A stretch of 64,000 nt of DNA from Longimicrobiales bacterium. GTDB taxonomy: Bacteria > Gemmatimonadota > Gemmatimonadetes > Longimicrobiales > Gaopeijiaceae. This document shows positions 30,897 through 39,154 of the stretch, in pieces. The first letter of the stretch is position 1. Every line of letters begins with the position of its first letter. The position numbers and the translations under genes were made by a program. The DNA lies in contig OZ241892.1 of assembly GCA_965203485.1 (NCBI GenBank), forward strand, positions 640,001-704,000, written 5' to 3'. A model generated the notes under the pieces. It saw only the letters and a program-made list of their open reading frames with translations. It did no database searches and had not been told where the DNA came from.

Positions 30897-32510
30897 TCAT
30901 GGCGCCCTGTCGGGGCTTGACGCCCGCCCGGCGCCCCAAATGCCGGCCTGGAACCGCAGGCGCACTTCGAACGTTCCCGTCTTCGGGACGATGCCTCGGC
31001 CCGCCAAGAGCCGCCGGTACGCGACCCGGACGTCGGTAGGCCACAACGGAGATCCGGAGGGGGACGCCGAGCGCCGAAAAACGCCGGCGACGTGGATGCG
31101 GCTCGACGTGACGGCACTGCCGTGGCTGAGCACGGAGGGGTCGAGCGCGTCGGCGGCGGGCGCGTCGTCGCCTGCGGCCAGGGAGAACGCGTCGCGGCCC
31201 TTGCGGAAGAACTGGTAGCCGACGAGCGCCGTGAGATCGTCGGCCAGGCGAAACCACGGAGTGGCCGCGGCCATCTGGTAGTCGCCGGGATTCCAGCGAA
31301 GGCGGCGCTGGACGCTGGCGGGAGCGACCGGGTAGTAGGGATCGAAGACTCTGCGGGTGGTCGTGCCTTCCAGCTGCAGGCCGTAGCGCGCGTCGACCCA
31401 GACGCCGAAGCGGGTGCGCCAGCCCGCGTTGGCCCATCCGCGCAGCACGAGGTCCGTCTGAGCGTCGCCGGAGGGTTCGTCCAGGAAGTTGGCGGGATCG
31501 TCGCGCGCCCCGGTCGGCAGCCGCGCCGTCACGCCGGCGCCGACCGCAACTCTGAAGATCGCGTTCGCGTCGCCCGTTTCCCACAGCCTCGCGTCGGCCC
31601 GCACTTCGACGTCGCCGAGAGCCCAAAGCGACGTCCATTGCGCCAGCGGGTGGGAGGCGCCGATGCCGAGGGAGGGATCCGTCACCAGGCGCTGAAGTTC
31701 TTCCGAGTCGAGCGGGGAAGACGCGAGCGGGACGGACGTCGGCGGGCCGGCGACTCCAGCCGCCCGAAACGCTTCGGCCAGAGCCGCCAGGCGAGCGTGA
31801 ATGGCCGTGCCCGGCGCCGATCCCGCCAGCGGGGCCACGGGGCTCTCATACATGGTCGAGAGGGCGTCGTGCAGTTGCTCGGCGCCAGCCAGCCGGGCCG
31901 TCGCGTCGAGACACGTGGCGCTGCCTGGATCGGCGGCGCACGCCGAGGCCCGGAAGTTTCCGTACGCGCCGATAGCGCCGCCGAGTCGGGCAAGGAACGC
32001 GGACACGGCGGACGGGCGCGCCCGAACGGGACTGATGCCGGCGTTGGCCAGCCCGGAGTCGGCCGCGAAGTGCATGGAGAACTCGGTCTCGTTGCGCACC
32101 AACGGAGCGGTGACGCCGACGGTGAGCCAGTCCAGCACGCCGATCTCCGCCGAGAGCGCGAGGCGCACGGCGTTCTTCTCCGCGGTCGTGGCCAGCGTGC
32201 CGAGTCGCAGGACGTGCTCGCCGCCGGCGGCCCGGGCCACGGCCGCTTCGTAGTTGGCCAGCGAGGGGAACAGGCGCGTGCCCGCCGGGCCGGAGAAGTC
32301 GTCGCCGAGGCTCGCTGGCCCGCCGTCTCCCGGTTCTCCGCCCGGTCCCGGCCGGTATCTGGCCCAGAAGGACGAATAGTCGGTCGAGACCCCGATTCGA
32401 AGCGCGCCGCGGGCGACCAGGGGGCTGTGCGCCTCCTGTGCGGCGGCGGAGGCCCGGGCGCAACTGCTCGCGGCGAGCGAGAGGCAGAGCAGGCGGACGG
32501 CCTTGGACAC
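30897..32510 (-). CDS. Exported hypothetical protein, probable outer-membrane beta-barrel with helical insert
   Basis: Signal peptide, alternating beta-strand segments (GVLDWLTVGVTAPL, LGDVEVRA, VGAGVTARLPTG); good codon style. Confidence 0.6.
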   Translation of the reverse strand: MSKAVRLLCLSLAASSCARASAAAQEAHSPLVARGALRIGVSTDYSSFWARYRPGPGGEPGDGGPASLGDDFSGPAGTRLFPSLANYEAAVARAAGGEHVLRLGTLATTAEKNAVRLALSAEIGVLDWLTVGVTAPLVRNETEFSMHFAADSGLANAGISPVRARPSAVSAFLARLGGAIGAYGNFRASACAADPGSATCLDATARLAGAEQLHDALSTMYESPVAPLAGSAPGTAIHARLAALAEAFRAAGVAGPPTSVPLASSPLDSEELQRLVTDPSLGIGASHPLAQWTSLWALGDVEVRADARLWETGDANAIFRVAVGAGVTARLPTGARDDPANFLDEPSGDAQTDLVLRGWANAGWRTRFGVWVDARYGLQLEGTTTRRVFDPYYPVAPASVQRRLRWNPGDYQMAAATPWFRLADDLTALVGYQFFRKGRDAFSLAAGDDAPAADALDPSVLSHGSAVTSSRIHVAGVFRRSASPSGSPLWPTDVRVAYRRLLAGRGIVPKTGTFEVRLRFQAGIWGAGRASSPDRAP

Positions 32511-32611
32511 GACGAAGCGGGATTAGGACTCGCTGCGGGCCCCGCGGGCTGAAACGGCCCTCCGAACGGGCGACGGACAGCATGGATCGCGGCCGTCGCG
32601 GCGCCAGGATG

Positions 32612-33469
32612 TCACGGGGAACCGCTCCCGCCTTGGTCCAGTTGCACTTCCCATCGCGCGGAGAACTCCACGGGCATGTCCTGTACCCCACCCATGGCCA
32701 GTTCCACCGAGCCCTCCAGCTCCTGGTCCAGCACCAGCGAATGCAGGATTCCACGCTCCAGGTCCCACAGCGCGAACCCCGTCTCGGAGCCCTCGAGAGC
32801 CGTCGTCATCGCCATCCCGCTCTCGACGGCCTTGATGGTCACGGCGCTCTCGCCGGACACCGCGATGGAGGCCAGCCGCCGCCCGTTCGCCACCGTGTCC
32901 CCGGCCAGCGAGTAGCGATATGCGGTGGTGACGAGGACGTTTCCGTCGCTGTCCGCGGACCACGTCACGGTGTCCGTCCACGAGAGGCCCGTCGTCGCCG
33001 CACGGTTCGGCAGGCGCGGGAATATGGCGTGGGCCATGGCAGTGAACCTCGCGCGCTCGCCGGCGATGCCCGAAGTCTCCGGCAACGACAGGACTTCGAC
33101 GGCGCCTCGGTCGTTCACCGCGAAGACGAGGGGACCGTCCACGTCGTCGTTCGCCGCGGTCTGCGTGCCCGTCATGTCGTTCTCCGTCTCGGCCTCGAAG
33201 GACGTCACTTCCGCCGTGACCTTCGTGCGCCCCGCCTCCGCCGCGAAGGCCAGGTCGAGCGTAGCCTCCGATGCGTCGCGGACGGCGATGTCGCCCATGG
33301 GCGTGGCGACCGACATGCGGGTGGAATTGGCGACGTGGTAGCGGGCCGAGTCGACGGCGTGCAGGCCAAAGCCGAGGACGGGATCGGATGTCGGCGCCGG
33401 GCCGCCGGATGCGCAACCCGCCGCCAGCAACGCGGCCGGGAGGAGAGAAAAAGGGGTCTTGCAGGGCAT
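32612..33469 (-). CDS. Hypothetical lipoprotein (beta-rich)
   Basis: Lipobox LLAAGC after ATG 33469; the ORF-track extension to 33820 is spurious. Confidence 0.7.
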   Translation of the reverse strand: MPCKTPFSLLPAALLAAGCASGGPAPTSDPVLGFGLHAVDSARYHVANSTRMSVATPMGDIAVRDASEATLDLAFAAEAGRTKVTAEVTSFEAETENDMTGTQTAANDDVDGPLVFAVNDRGAVEVLSLPETSGIAGERARFTAMAHAIFPRLPNRAATTGLSWTDTVTWSADSDGNVLVTTAYRYSLAGDTVANGRRLASIAVSGESAVTIKAVESGMAMTTALEGSETGFALWDLERGILHSLVLDQELEGSVELAMGGVQDMPVEFSARWEVQLDQGGSGSP

Positions 33470-33766
33470 GGAATCGTCCGTCGGATCGAGGGGGGAGGCG
33501 TCGCCGGCCGCTGGCCGGGCGGCTGGGCTTCGCGAATCCATAAAGCTAACCGCGCGCGCGCCGCAGGCCGCGGCCCTCCCCCAGCGGCGTCGTGCCCGCC
33601 CCGCCCGCTGGCCGACAGCCGCAACGGCGGATCGTCGTGCAACGCCGTCGCGTCGTCGTAGCGCCGCCGGCGTTGGGCCGCCAGCGGGCAGACCGCGCGC
33701 GCCAGCTCGGCCAGCGAACGCGGATCCGGCGCGGGTCGCATTCGCACTCCCGCCGAACGTCGCCCG

Positions 33767-33819
33767 AAACAGGACATTTCTACCTTGCCAAGACCGGACA
33801 TTTCTAAATTGGTACGACA
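33767..33819. mobile_element. Solo IS terminal sequence (IS1202/ISNCY-like end), no transposase
   Basis: GGACATTTCTA at 33772 and 33796 (24-bp period); minus strand starts TGTCGTACCAATTTAGAAATGTCC. AT-rich relative to its surroundings. Confidence 0.55.
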
Positions 33820-33838
33820 CGGGCGTCGGCCCTGGCGC

Positions 33839-33868
33839 TTGACACCAAGCGGAGGGCGGTCTTACCCT
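33839..33868 (+). promoter_or_regulatory. Sigma70 promoter of tRNA operon
   Basis: Perfect TTGACA-N18-TACCCT about 90 bp upstream of tRNA-Gly. Confidence 0.6.
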
Positions 33869-33955
33869 TCAAGCCTCGCGGTGTCGCCCGCGTTCGGGGG
33901 GGAAGGGCCGTCCTTACAGGTTGGCGCGGCGGCGTTCGCGAGGGGACCGCGAGAC

Positions 33956-34028
<73 letters not shown>

Positions 34029-34085
34029 CTTTAACTCTCTTGTCGTCGGGCGGCTCCGCCGGTTGCGGACTAGCGCGACCATGTC

Positions 34086-34157
<72 letters not shown>

Positions 34158-34166
34158 CTTGTTGTC

Positions 34167-34212
34167 GCCCCTGTGGCGCGAACTCGGTGTGGACGGCCCC
34201 CAAGGCGGGGGA
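34167..34212 (+). pseudogene. Possible decayed 5' half of tRNA-Leu
   Basis: GCCCCTGTGGCG-cGAAcTcGGTgtgGACG resembles a tRNA-Leu 5' end, 9 nt after tRNA-Cys, where Gly-Cys-Leu operons carry Leu; no T-arm. Confidence 0.3.
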
Positions 34213-34310
34213 CGCGCCCCAAGTCTTCGCTTGCTTCCCGGATTGCGTACTTGTCGCGCTTGCCTGGTGTTGCCGACCCGTGCAGTCGTGGACGCCGGAC
34301 GTCCGTCGGC

Positions 34311-35555
34311 CTAGGCGCCGCCGCGCTTGGCCGGCCGCCGTGGCTTCGGCGGTCGCCTTGGAATCGCCTTCGGCTTGGCGCGCGCAGGCGCCGGCTTCGT
34401 TGCGGTCTTCGGCTTGGCGCGCCCACCCCTCGCCGCGGGCCTCGGTTTCGGCGGAGCGCTTCTGGTCGCGGGTCTAGCCTTCGGCGGAGCGCTTTTGGTG
34501 GACCGGGCCTTGGGCCGCGCGTTCCTGGTGGCCGGCTTGGCCGCGGGAGGCGCGCTTCTCGACGCAGGCCGAGCGCTCGGCGGCCGAGGACGAGCTGCGC
34601 GGCGCGTCCTTGCGGCGCCGGCCTCGTCGGCACGACCGGCCGCGCGGACTGCCGAGCCGCGCTGGCCGGGACGGGGAGCGATGCGGCCGGTGGCGCCCGG
34701 ATTGCGCGGCTTCGCCTTCCGGATCGCATCGGAGGCGCCGGTGCGGCTCGTCGTCGGCGCAGGCCGGGCGCGCTCGCCGTAGCGGACCCTGGGCGCAACG
34801 CGAGACGTAGGCCGTTGCGGGCCGTTGTCGGTCACGTAGACGCGGGGATCCTCTTTGTAGCGCGGGCCGAAGAGCGGCGAGCGTCGAACCGGCCGGTCCC
34901 ACCGGCGGCGGTCCCACTCCGGCCGGTCCGGGCCGCGGTATCCCCGGCCCGCGACCACCGTGCCGCCGCGCCGGAGGCCGTGGAAGCTGAAGCCGGGCTC
35001 AGTCCAGTACCCGGCGCCGTACCAGAAGTCCGCGCGCGGCTGAACGAGAAAAGCGGGATGCACGAAATGGGCGAACGGATCAAGGCGCCACCAGGGCCAT
35101 GCCAGCGCGAAGGCCGGCGGCCAAGTCCACGCCAGTCGTCCGAAGTAGCCCCGGGGGCCGTAGCGCCCGGACCCCAAGCGGTAGTCGAAGCAGTCCGGGT
35201 GGACGCCCCAATGGTCCGAGTGGTTCCAGCTCCAGGGAGCCTGGCCGCAACCTTGGTGCGCATGCCCGTAGGCGCCGCAATACTCGTGCCCGTAGTGCGA
35301 GTGCGCGTGGTCCCAGCCGCAGCGCCCAAGGTCGTACGCCCAGAGCTCTGTGCCGAAGGAGATGCTGAACGCCCCATGGCCAACGCCGAAGAAGGTGGAG
35401 CCGTGGGCCGCCGTCGCGACGAAGGGGTTCCAGACGGACCCGTGGCTGGTCCCGATTCCCCAGGAGACGTGGTTTGCCGCTTGGGCCGAGGCGGAAAGCG
35501 GCAACGCGAGCGTCGCCACCGCCCCCAAGAACAGACTAATGGACCGCTTCATCAT
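34311..35555 (-). CDS. Secreted hypothetical protein: His/Trp/Gly/Tyr-rich N-half, Arg/Lys/Pro/Ala-rich repetitive tail
   Basis: AAGGAG RBS, signal peptide MMKRSISLFLGAVATLALPLSASA, ~11-aa repeats (ARPATRSAPP-like) at the C-terminus. Confidence 0.75.
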   Translation of the reverse strand: MMKRSISLFLGAVATLALPLSASAQAANHVSWGIGTSHGSVWNPFVATAAHGSTFFGVGHGAFSISFGTELWAYDLGRCGWDHAHSHYGHEYCGAYGHAHQGCGQAPWSWNHSDHWGVHPDCFDYRLGSGRYGPRGYFGRLAWTWPPAFALAWPWWRLDPFAHFVHPAFLVQPRADFWYGAGYWTEPGFSFHGLRRGGTVVAGRGYRGPDRPEWDRRRWDRPVRRSPLFGPRYKEDPRVYVTDNGPQRPTSRVAPRVRYGERARPAPTTSRTGASDAIRKAKPRNPGATGRIAPRPGQRGSAVRAAGRADEAGAARTRRAARPRPPSARPASRSAPPAAKPATRNARPKARSTKSAPPKARPATRSAPPKPRPAARGGRAKPKTATKPAPARAKPKAIPRRPPKPRRPAKRGGA

Positions 35556-35597
35556 GGGCTCCTTGTTGACGAGAGAAATCTCTTGCCCCGTCAGGCA

Positions 35598-35613
35598 TGC
35601 ATGAACCGTGCCA
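35598..35613 (-). promoter_or_regulatory. Sigma-54 (-24/-12) promoter
   Basis: Minus strand TGGCACGGTTCATGCA versus consensus TGGCAC-N5-TTGCW; 42 bp upstream of ATG 35555. Confidence 0.7.
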
Positions 35614-35631
35614 GCGGAAGCGCCCCTACGC

Positions 35632-35728
35632 AAGTCCTTGCCCGGCAACGACTTCGGCGCCTGGGTCGTTCGCGCCGCGAACGGCGAAGCGTCCCTTGCG
35701 CGGGACAGGTGGCGCACCGTTGGGACAC
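35632..35728. promoter_or_regulatory. Inverted repeats upstream of sigma-54 promoter (candidate IHF-like bend site and two enhancer sites)
   Basis: AAGTCCTTGCC-C-GGCAACGACTT (35632-35654); GTCCC-N6-GGGAC (35691-35706); GTGGCGCA-N4-TGGGACAC (35709-35728). The last two are 20 bp apart centre to centre. Confidence 0.45.
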
Positions 35729-36276
35729 CCCGCATTGCCGTCTGGCGGCGGGACCCCGTTCTGCGCCGTGGCCGTCCACGTCCGCGTGGGCGAGGCGCCG
35801 GCCGCGCGGGGTCGCACCGGCCGGGGCCCGTCGTCGGCCGCCCCTCGCCCGACGTTCGCATCCTCGGGACTTGCCAAGCGGCTCCGGAATGCGAATCTTC
35901 AAGGTGCCGCTGGCGGGCCGGGCGCCGACACGGCCATCGTCGCGGCGCGTCGCCCGATTCGGCAGGCCCGGGGGCCAAGTCTCTCTCGAGGCTCGGCCCC
36001 ATGGGGCGCATGCGATCGCAGCGACTCCTTCGTCGCCCGAAGAGCTTTGAATGACTTGGCGCGCGCCGTGCAGGCGCCCGCGGCGCTCCGCGGGCGGGCG
36101 AAACGGAGGCGGCGGCACAAGGATTCGCCGGAACGCACACCGCGGGAGAGAGCGCGACGTTCCGCGTGGCGGAGGGCGGACACGACTGCGGCGCATGTTG
36201 CACGTTCGGGCATGCCCGCGGATCCGCAGCTCTCAACTTGAGGAAGCCCCGAGCTTCCGGAAAGCGCAAGAAGATC

Positions 36277-37737
36277 GTGAGTGATCGAGACTCGACCGAA
36301 GCGCCCGGGACGCAGGCCGTCCAGGCGCAGGCCGACGGACCGGCTTCCGGCCCCGGCCCCATGGACACCTCGGCGACCGGGACGGCGGGCGGCTCGGCGC
36401 GGGCCGACGGACCGGCTTCCGGCTCCGAAGCCGACGCGGCGGGCCCGGCTTCCGAACCGGGCGACTCTCCGGGAAGGGATGCGCGGAGCCGGCGCGACGG
36501 AGAGCGTTCCCAGCCCCGCCGCGGCCGGCGCCACCACCGCCGCAGGCCGCGGCGCCACGACGGCGACTACGACTTCGGCAGGGACAGCGCGCCGCGCGAG
36601 CCGGGGCAGCTGCTCGGCATCTTGGAAGTCCTTCCCACGGGCTCGGGCTTCATCCGCCGGGAGGATGGCGGATACGTCGCCGGCAAGAACGACGTCTATG
36701 TGGGGCCTCGCCTGATCCAGCGGTTCGGCTTGAGGACGGGCGACGAACTTTCGGGCATCGTCGGCCGCCGCCCGCGCAACAGCAAGAGTCCTCCGTTGCG
36801 CTATCTGGAGCAGGTCAACGGCGCCCCCCCGGACCAAGCCGTCCGAAGGCCGGACTTCAACCGCTTGGCGGCGGTTCATCCTCGCGAGCAGCTGCGGTTG
36901 GAGTGCGGGCGGACGTTCGCGGGCGAGCCCGACATGACGAACCGCGTCGTCGACCTTTTCTGCCCGCTGGGGAAGGGACAGCGCGCGTTGATCGTGGCGC
37001 CGGCGAAGGCGGGCAAGACCACCGTGCTCCAGTCGGTGGCCGAGGGCGTGGTGGCGAATCACCCCGAGTGCGAGCTGGTGATCCTGTTGGTCGACGAGCG
37101 CCCGGAGGAAGTCACGGAGATGGAGACGTGCGGCTTCGGCGACGTGGTGGCCTCGACGTTCGACCTGACGCCCGAGCGCCACTGCCAGGTGGCCGAGATG
37201 ACGCTGGAAAGGGCGCGCCGCCGGGTCGAGGCGGGCAAGGACGTGGTCGTCATTCTCGATTCGATCACGCGGCTGGCCCGGGCGCACAACACGCTGGCGG
37301 GCGGAAGCGGGCGGACGCTTTCGGGAGGGTTGGACGCGAACTCGCTCGAGAAGCCGAAGCGGTTCCTGGGGAGCGCGCGGCTGATCAAGCCCGAACAGGG
37401 CGGGGGATCGCTCACGATCATCGGCACGGCGCTGGTCGACACGGGGTCGCGCATGGACCAGGTGATCTTCGAGGAGTTCAAGGGCACCGGAAACAGCGAG
37501 CTGGTGCTGAGCCGCGAACTCGCGGACCGCCGCATCTTCCCCGCGATCGATCTCAAGACGTCGGCCACGCGCAAGGAGGAGCTGCTGCTGTCCGCCGACG
37601 CGCTCACGGTGTCGCGCGCGATGAGGCGGCAACTGTCGGACCTGCCGCCCGCCGACGCGATGGAGAAGCTCCTGCGCGTCATGCGCCAGAACGAGACTAA
37701 CGGGGAGCTGATCGCTCTCGCGATGGACCGGCTGTAG
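36277..37737 (+). CDS. rho: Transcription termination factor Rho with disordered N-terminal extension
   Basis: GILEVL..GSGFIR, GKGQRALIVAPAKAGKT, LVDERPEEVT, LDSITRLARA, FEEFKGTGNSEL. Confidence 0.95.
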   Translation: MSDRDSTEAPGTQAVQAQADGPASGPGPMDTSATGTAGGSARADGPASGSEADAAGPASEPGDSPGRDARSRRDGERSQPRRGRRHHRRRPRRHDGDYDFGRDSAPREPGQLLGILEVLPTGSGFIRREDGGYVAGKNDVYVGPRLIQRFGLRTGDELSGIVGRRPRNSKSPPLRYLEQVNGAPPDQAVRRPDFNRLAAVHPREQLRLECGRTFAGEPDMTNRVVDLFCPLGKGQRALIVAPAKAGKTTVLQSVAEGVVANHPECELVILLVDERPEEVTEMETCGFGDVVASTFDLTPERHCQVAEMTLERARRRVEAGKDVVVILDSITRLARAHNTLAGGSGRTLSGGLDANSLEKPKRFLGSARLIKPEQGGGSLTIIGTALVDTGSRMDQVIFEEFKGTGNSELVLSRELADRRIFPAIDLKTSATRKEELLLSADALTVSRAMRRQLSDLPPADAMEKLLRVMRQNETNGELIALAMDRL

Positions 37738-38338
37738 AGTCCGCCCCGCGCCCTTGCTCGACGATCCGCTTGAGCCGGGCCAAGCTGGCTTCGATCTGCC
37801 CGCCTTGGGACTCTTCCAGCGTCAGGGCCGTCCAGCCGAGCAGCGGGTTTCGTCCCAAGTCCGCCCGCTCGGTCCAGACGACCGTGGACGTCGCGGCGTT
37901 CGCGCGGATGCCGATCGTCCCTTCGAACCGAATGCGCCCGCCCGCCGCCACCGCCAGGTACTCCACGCCTCGCGGCGGCGTCGAGCCGACCAGCGTGAGG
38001 ACGCCCGACCCCATCCCGCCGTCGTCCCAGACGCGACGGGCGCCGACCCCGGTCGAGCGGCCGTCCACGCGCGACTGGACCTCCCCCCAGGGCGTCCACT
38101 CGACCCAAGCGTCCAAGTCGCCGACCAACGCGAAGACGGCATCTGGCTCCGCCTCGATCTCCACGGAACGGGTCACCTCCGCCGTCCCGGGGAGCAGCAG
38201 GCCCACCAACAGAAAGGCGCCCGCGGCGAGCGCGAACAGCGCAAGAAGACCCGCTGCCAACTTGGCCGGGCGGCGCACGTCAGGCCCGTCCGGCGCAACG
38301 GGCGCTCCGCGCACCACGGCGTCTTGGTCCGGGCGCAT
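37697..38338 (-). CDS. SRPBCC (START-like) family protein with N-terminal TM
   Basis: LLPGTAEVTRSVEIEAEPDAVFALVGDLDAWVEWTPW, GVGARRVW; 41-bp convergent overlap with rho. Confidence 0.8.
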   Translation of the reverse strand: MRPDQDAVVRGAPVAPDGPDVRRPAKLAAGLLALFALAAGAFLLVGLLLPGTAEVTRSVEIEAEPDAVFALVGDLDAWVEWTPWGEVQSRVDGRSTGVGARRVWDDGGMGSGVLTLVGSTPPRGVEYLAVAAGGRIRFEGTIGIRANAATSTVVWTERADLGRNPLLGWTALTLEESQGGQIEASLARLKRIVEQGRGADSTAGPSRERSAPR

Positions 38339-38389
38339 CCGCCGGCCCGCTTCGCATCCGGGCGCTTCGCGGGCCGCGTCGTCGTGCCG

Positions 38390-39154
38390 TCAACACGCCC
38401 CGTCTCCCCGGCAGCGGCTCGCGAGGACCGCCTCCAGCGTCGGCCAGACGTTCTCGGCCAGGACTTCGTGGCCGGCCGCGTTCGGGTGGATGCGGTCGCC
38501 TTGGTTGAGTTCGGGCTCCGCGGCCACGCCTTCCAGCAGAAAAGGCGCAAGCGCGGTCCCGGCGTCTTCGGCTGCGCGCCCGAACGTCGCGCGGAACCGG
38601 TCGGCGTACTGCGCGCCCATGTTGGGCGGGGCCTCCATGCTCGCGATCACCACGTCCGCGCCAGGCGCGTGCCGGCGCGTCTCGGAAGCAATCCAGACGA
38701 GATTCTCGTAGAGGGCTTCCGTGTCGCGGCCCCGCAGTCCGTCGTTCGCTCCCAGTTCCACCACCATCAGCGCAAGGGACTTGCCGTATGACGCCAGCAG
38801 CCCGCCCAGCCGGGTGCGCCCCCCGGCGGAGGTGTCGCCGCTCACGCCGGCGTTCACCACGCGGTAGCGGTATCCGAGCGTCTCGAGCCGGCGCCCGACC
38901 AGCGCCGGATACGCCAAGTCGGGCGACGCGAGGCCGTATCCCGCCGTCAGGCTGGTTCCCAGGAACACGATGCTGGGCGCGTCCGCCGGCCCCGCGCCCC
39001 GCGCAAGCGCTCTCGGGCCGGGCGCCGGTCCGTTCTCGGCGGTCGGCGGCTCCGCCCGTGCTCCCTGCGCGCCCCCGGCGGGTTGCCCGTCTCGGCCGTT
39101 CTCCGCGCGTCCGCAGGCGGCCGCCGCCAGCGAGAGCGCCCATGCCGTCCTCAT
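38390..39154 (-). CDS. tesA: TesA-like SGNH/GDSL arylesterase, lipoprotein
   Basis: FLGTSLTAGYG, NAGVSGDTSAGG, ELGANDGLRG, DRIHPN; lipobox AAAC. Confidence 0.88.
   Translation of the reverse strand: MRTAWALSLAAAACGRAENGRDGQPAGGAQGARAEPPTAENGPAPGPRALARGAGPADAPSIVFLGTSLTAGYGLASPDLAYPALVGRRLETLGYRYRVVNAGVSGDTSAGGRTRLGGLLASYGKSLALMVVELGANDGLRGRDTEALYENLVWIASETRRHAPGADVVIASMEAPPNMGAQYADRFRATFGRAAEDAGTALAPFLLEGVAAEPELNQGDRIHPNAAGHEVLAENVWPTLEAVLASRCRGDGAC

Noticed and set aside
33470..33820. N-terminal extension of ORF 32612..33820, and possible transposase remnant
   Set aside because: The extension is a translation of the IS-like end and intergenic DNA; no DDE or HTH motif was recognised in any frame.
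35591..36241. 200-aa ORFs on both strands between the His-rich gene and rho
   Set aside because: Arg/Pro/Gly-biased composition without motifs, overlapping the sigma-54 regulatory elements; likely non-coding.
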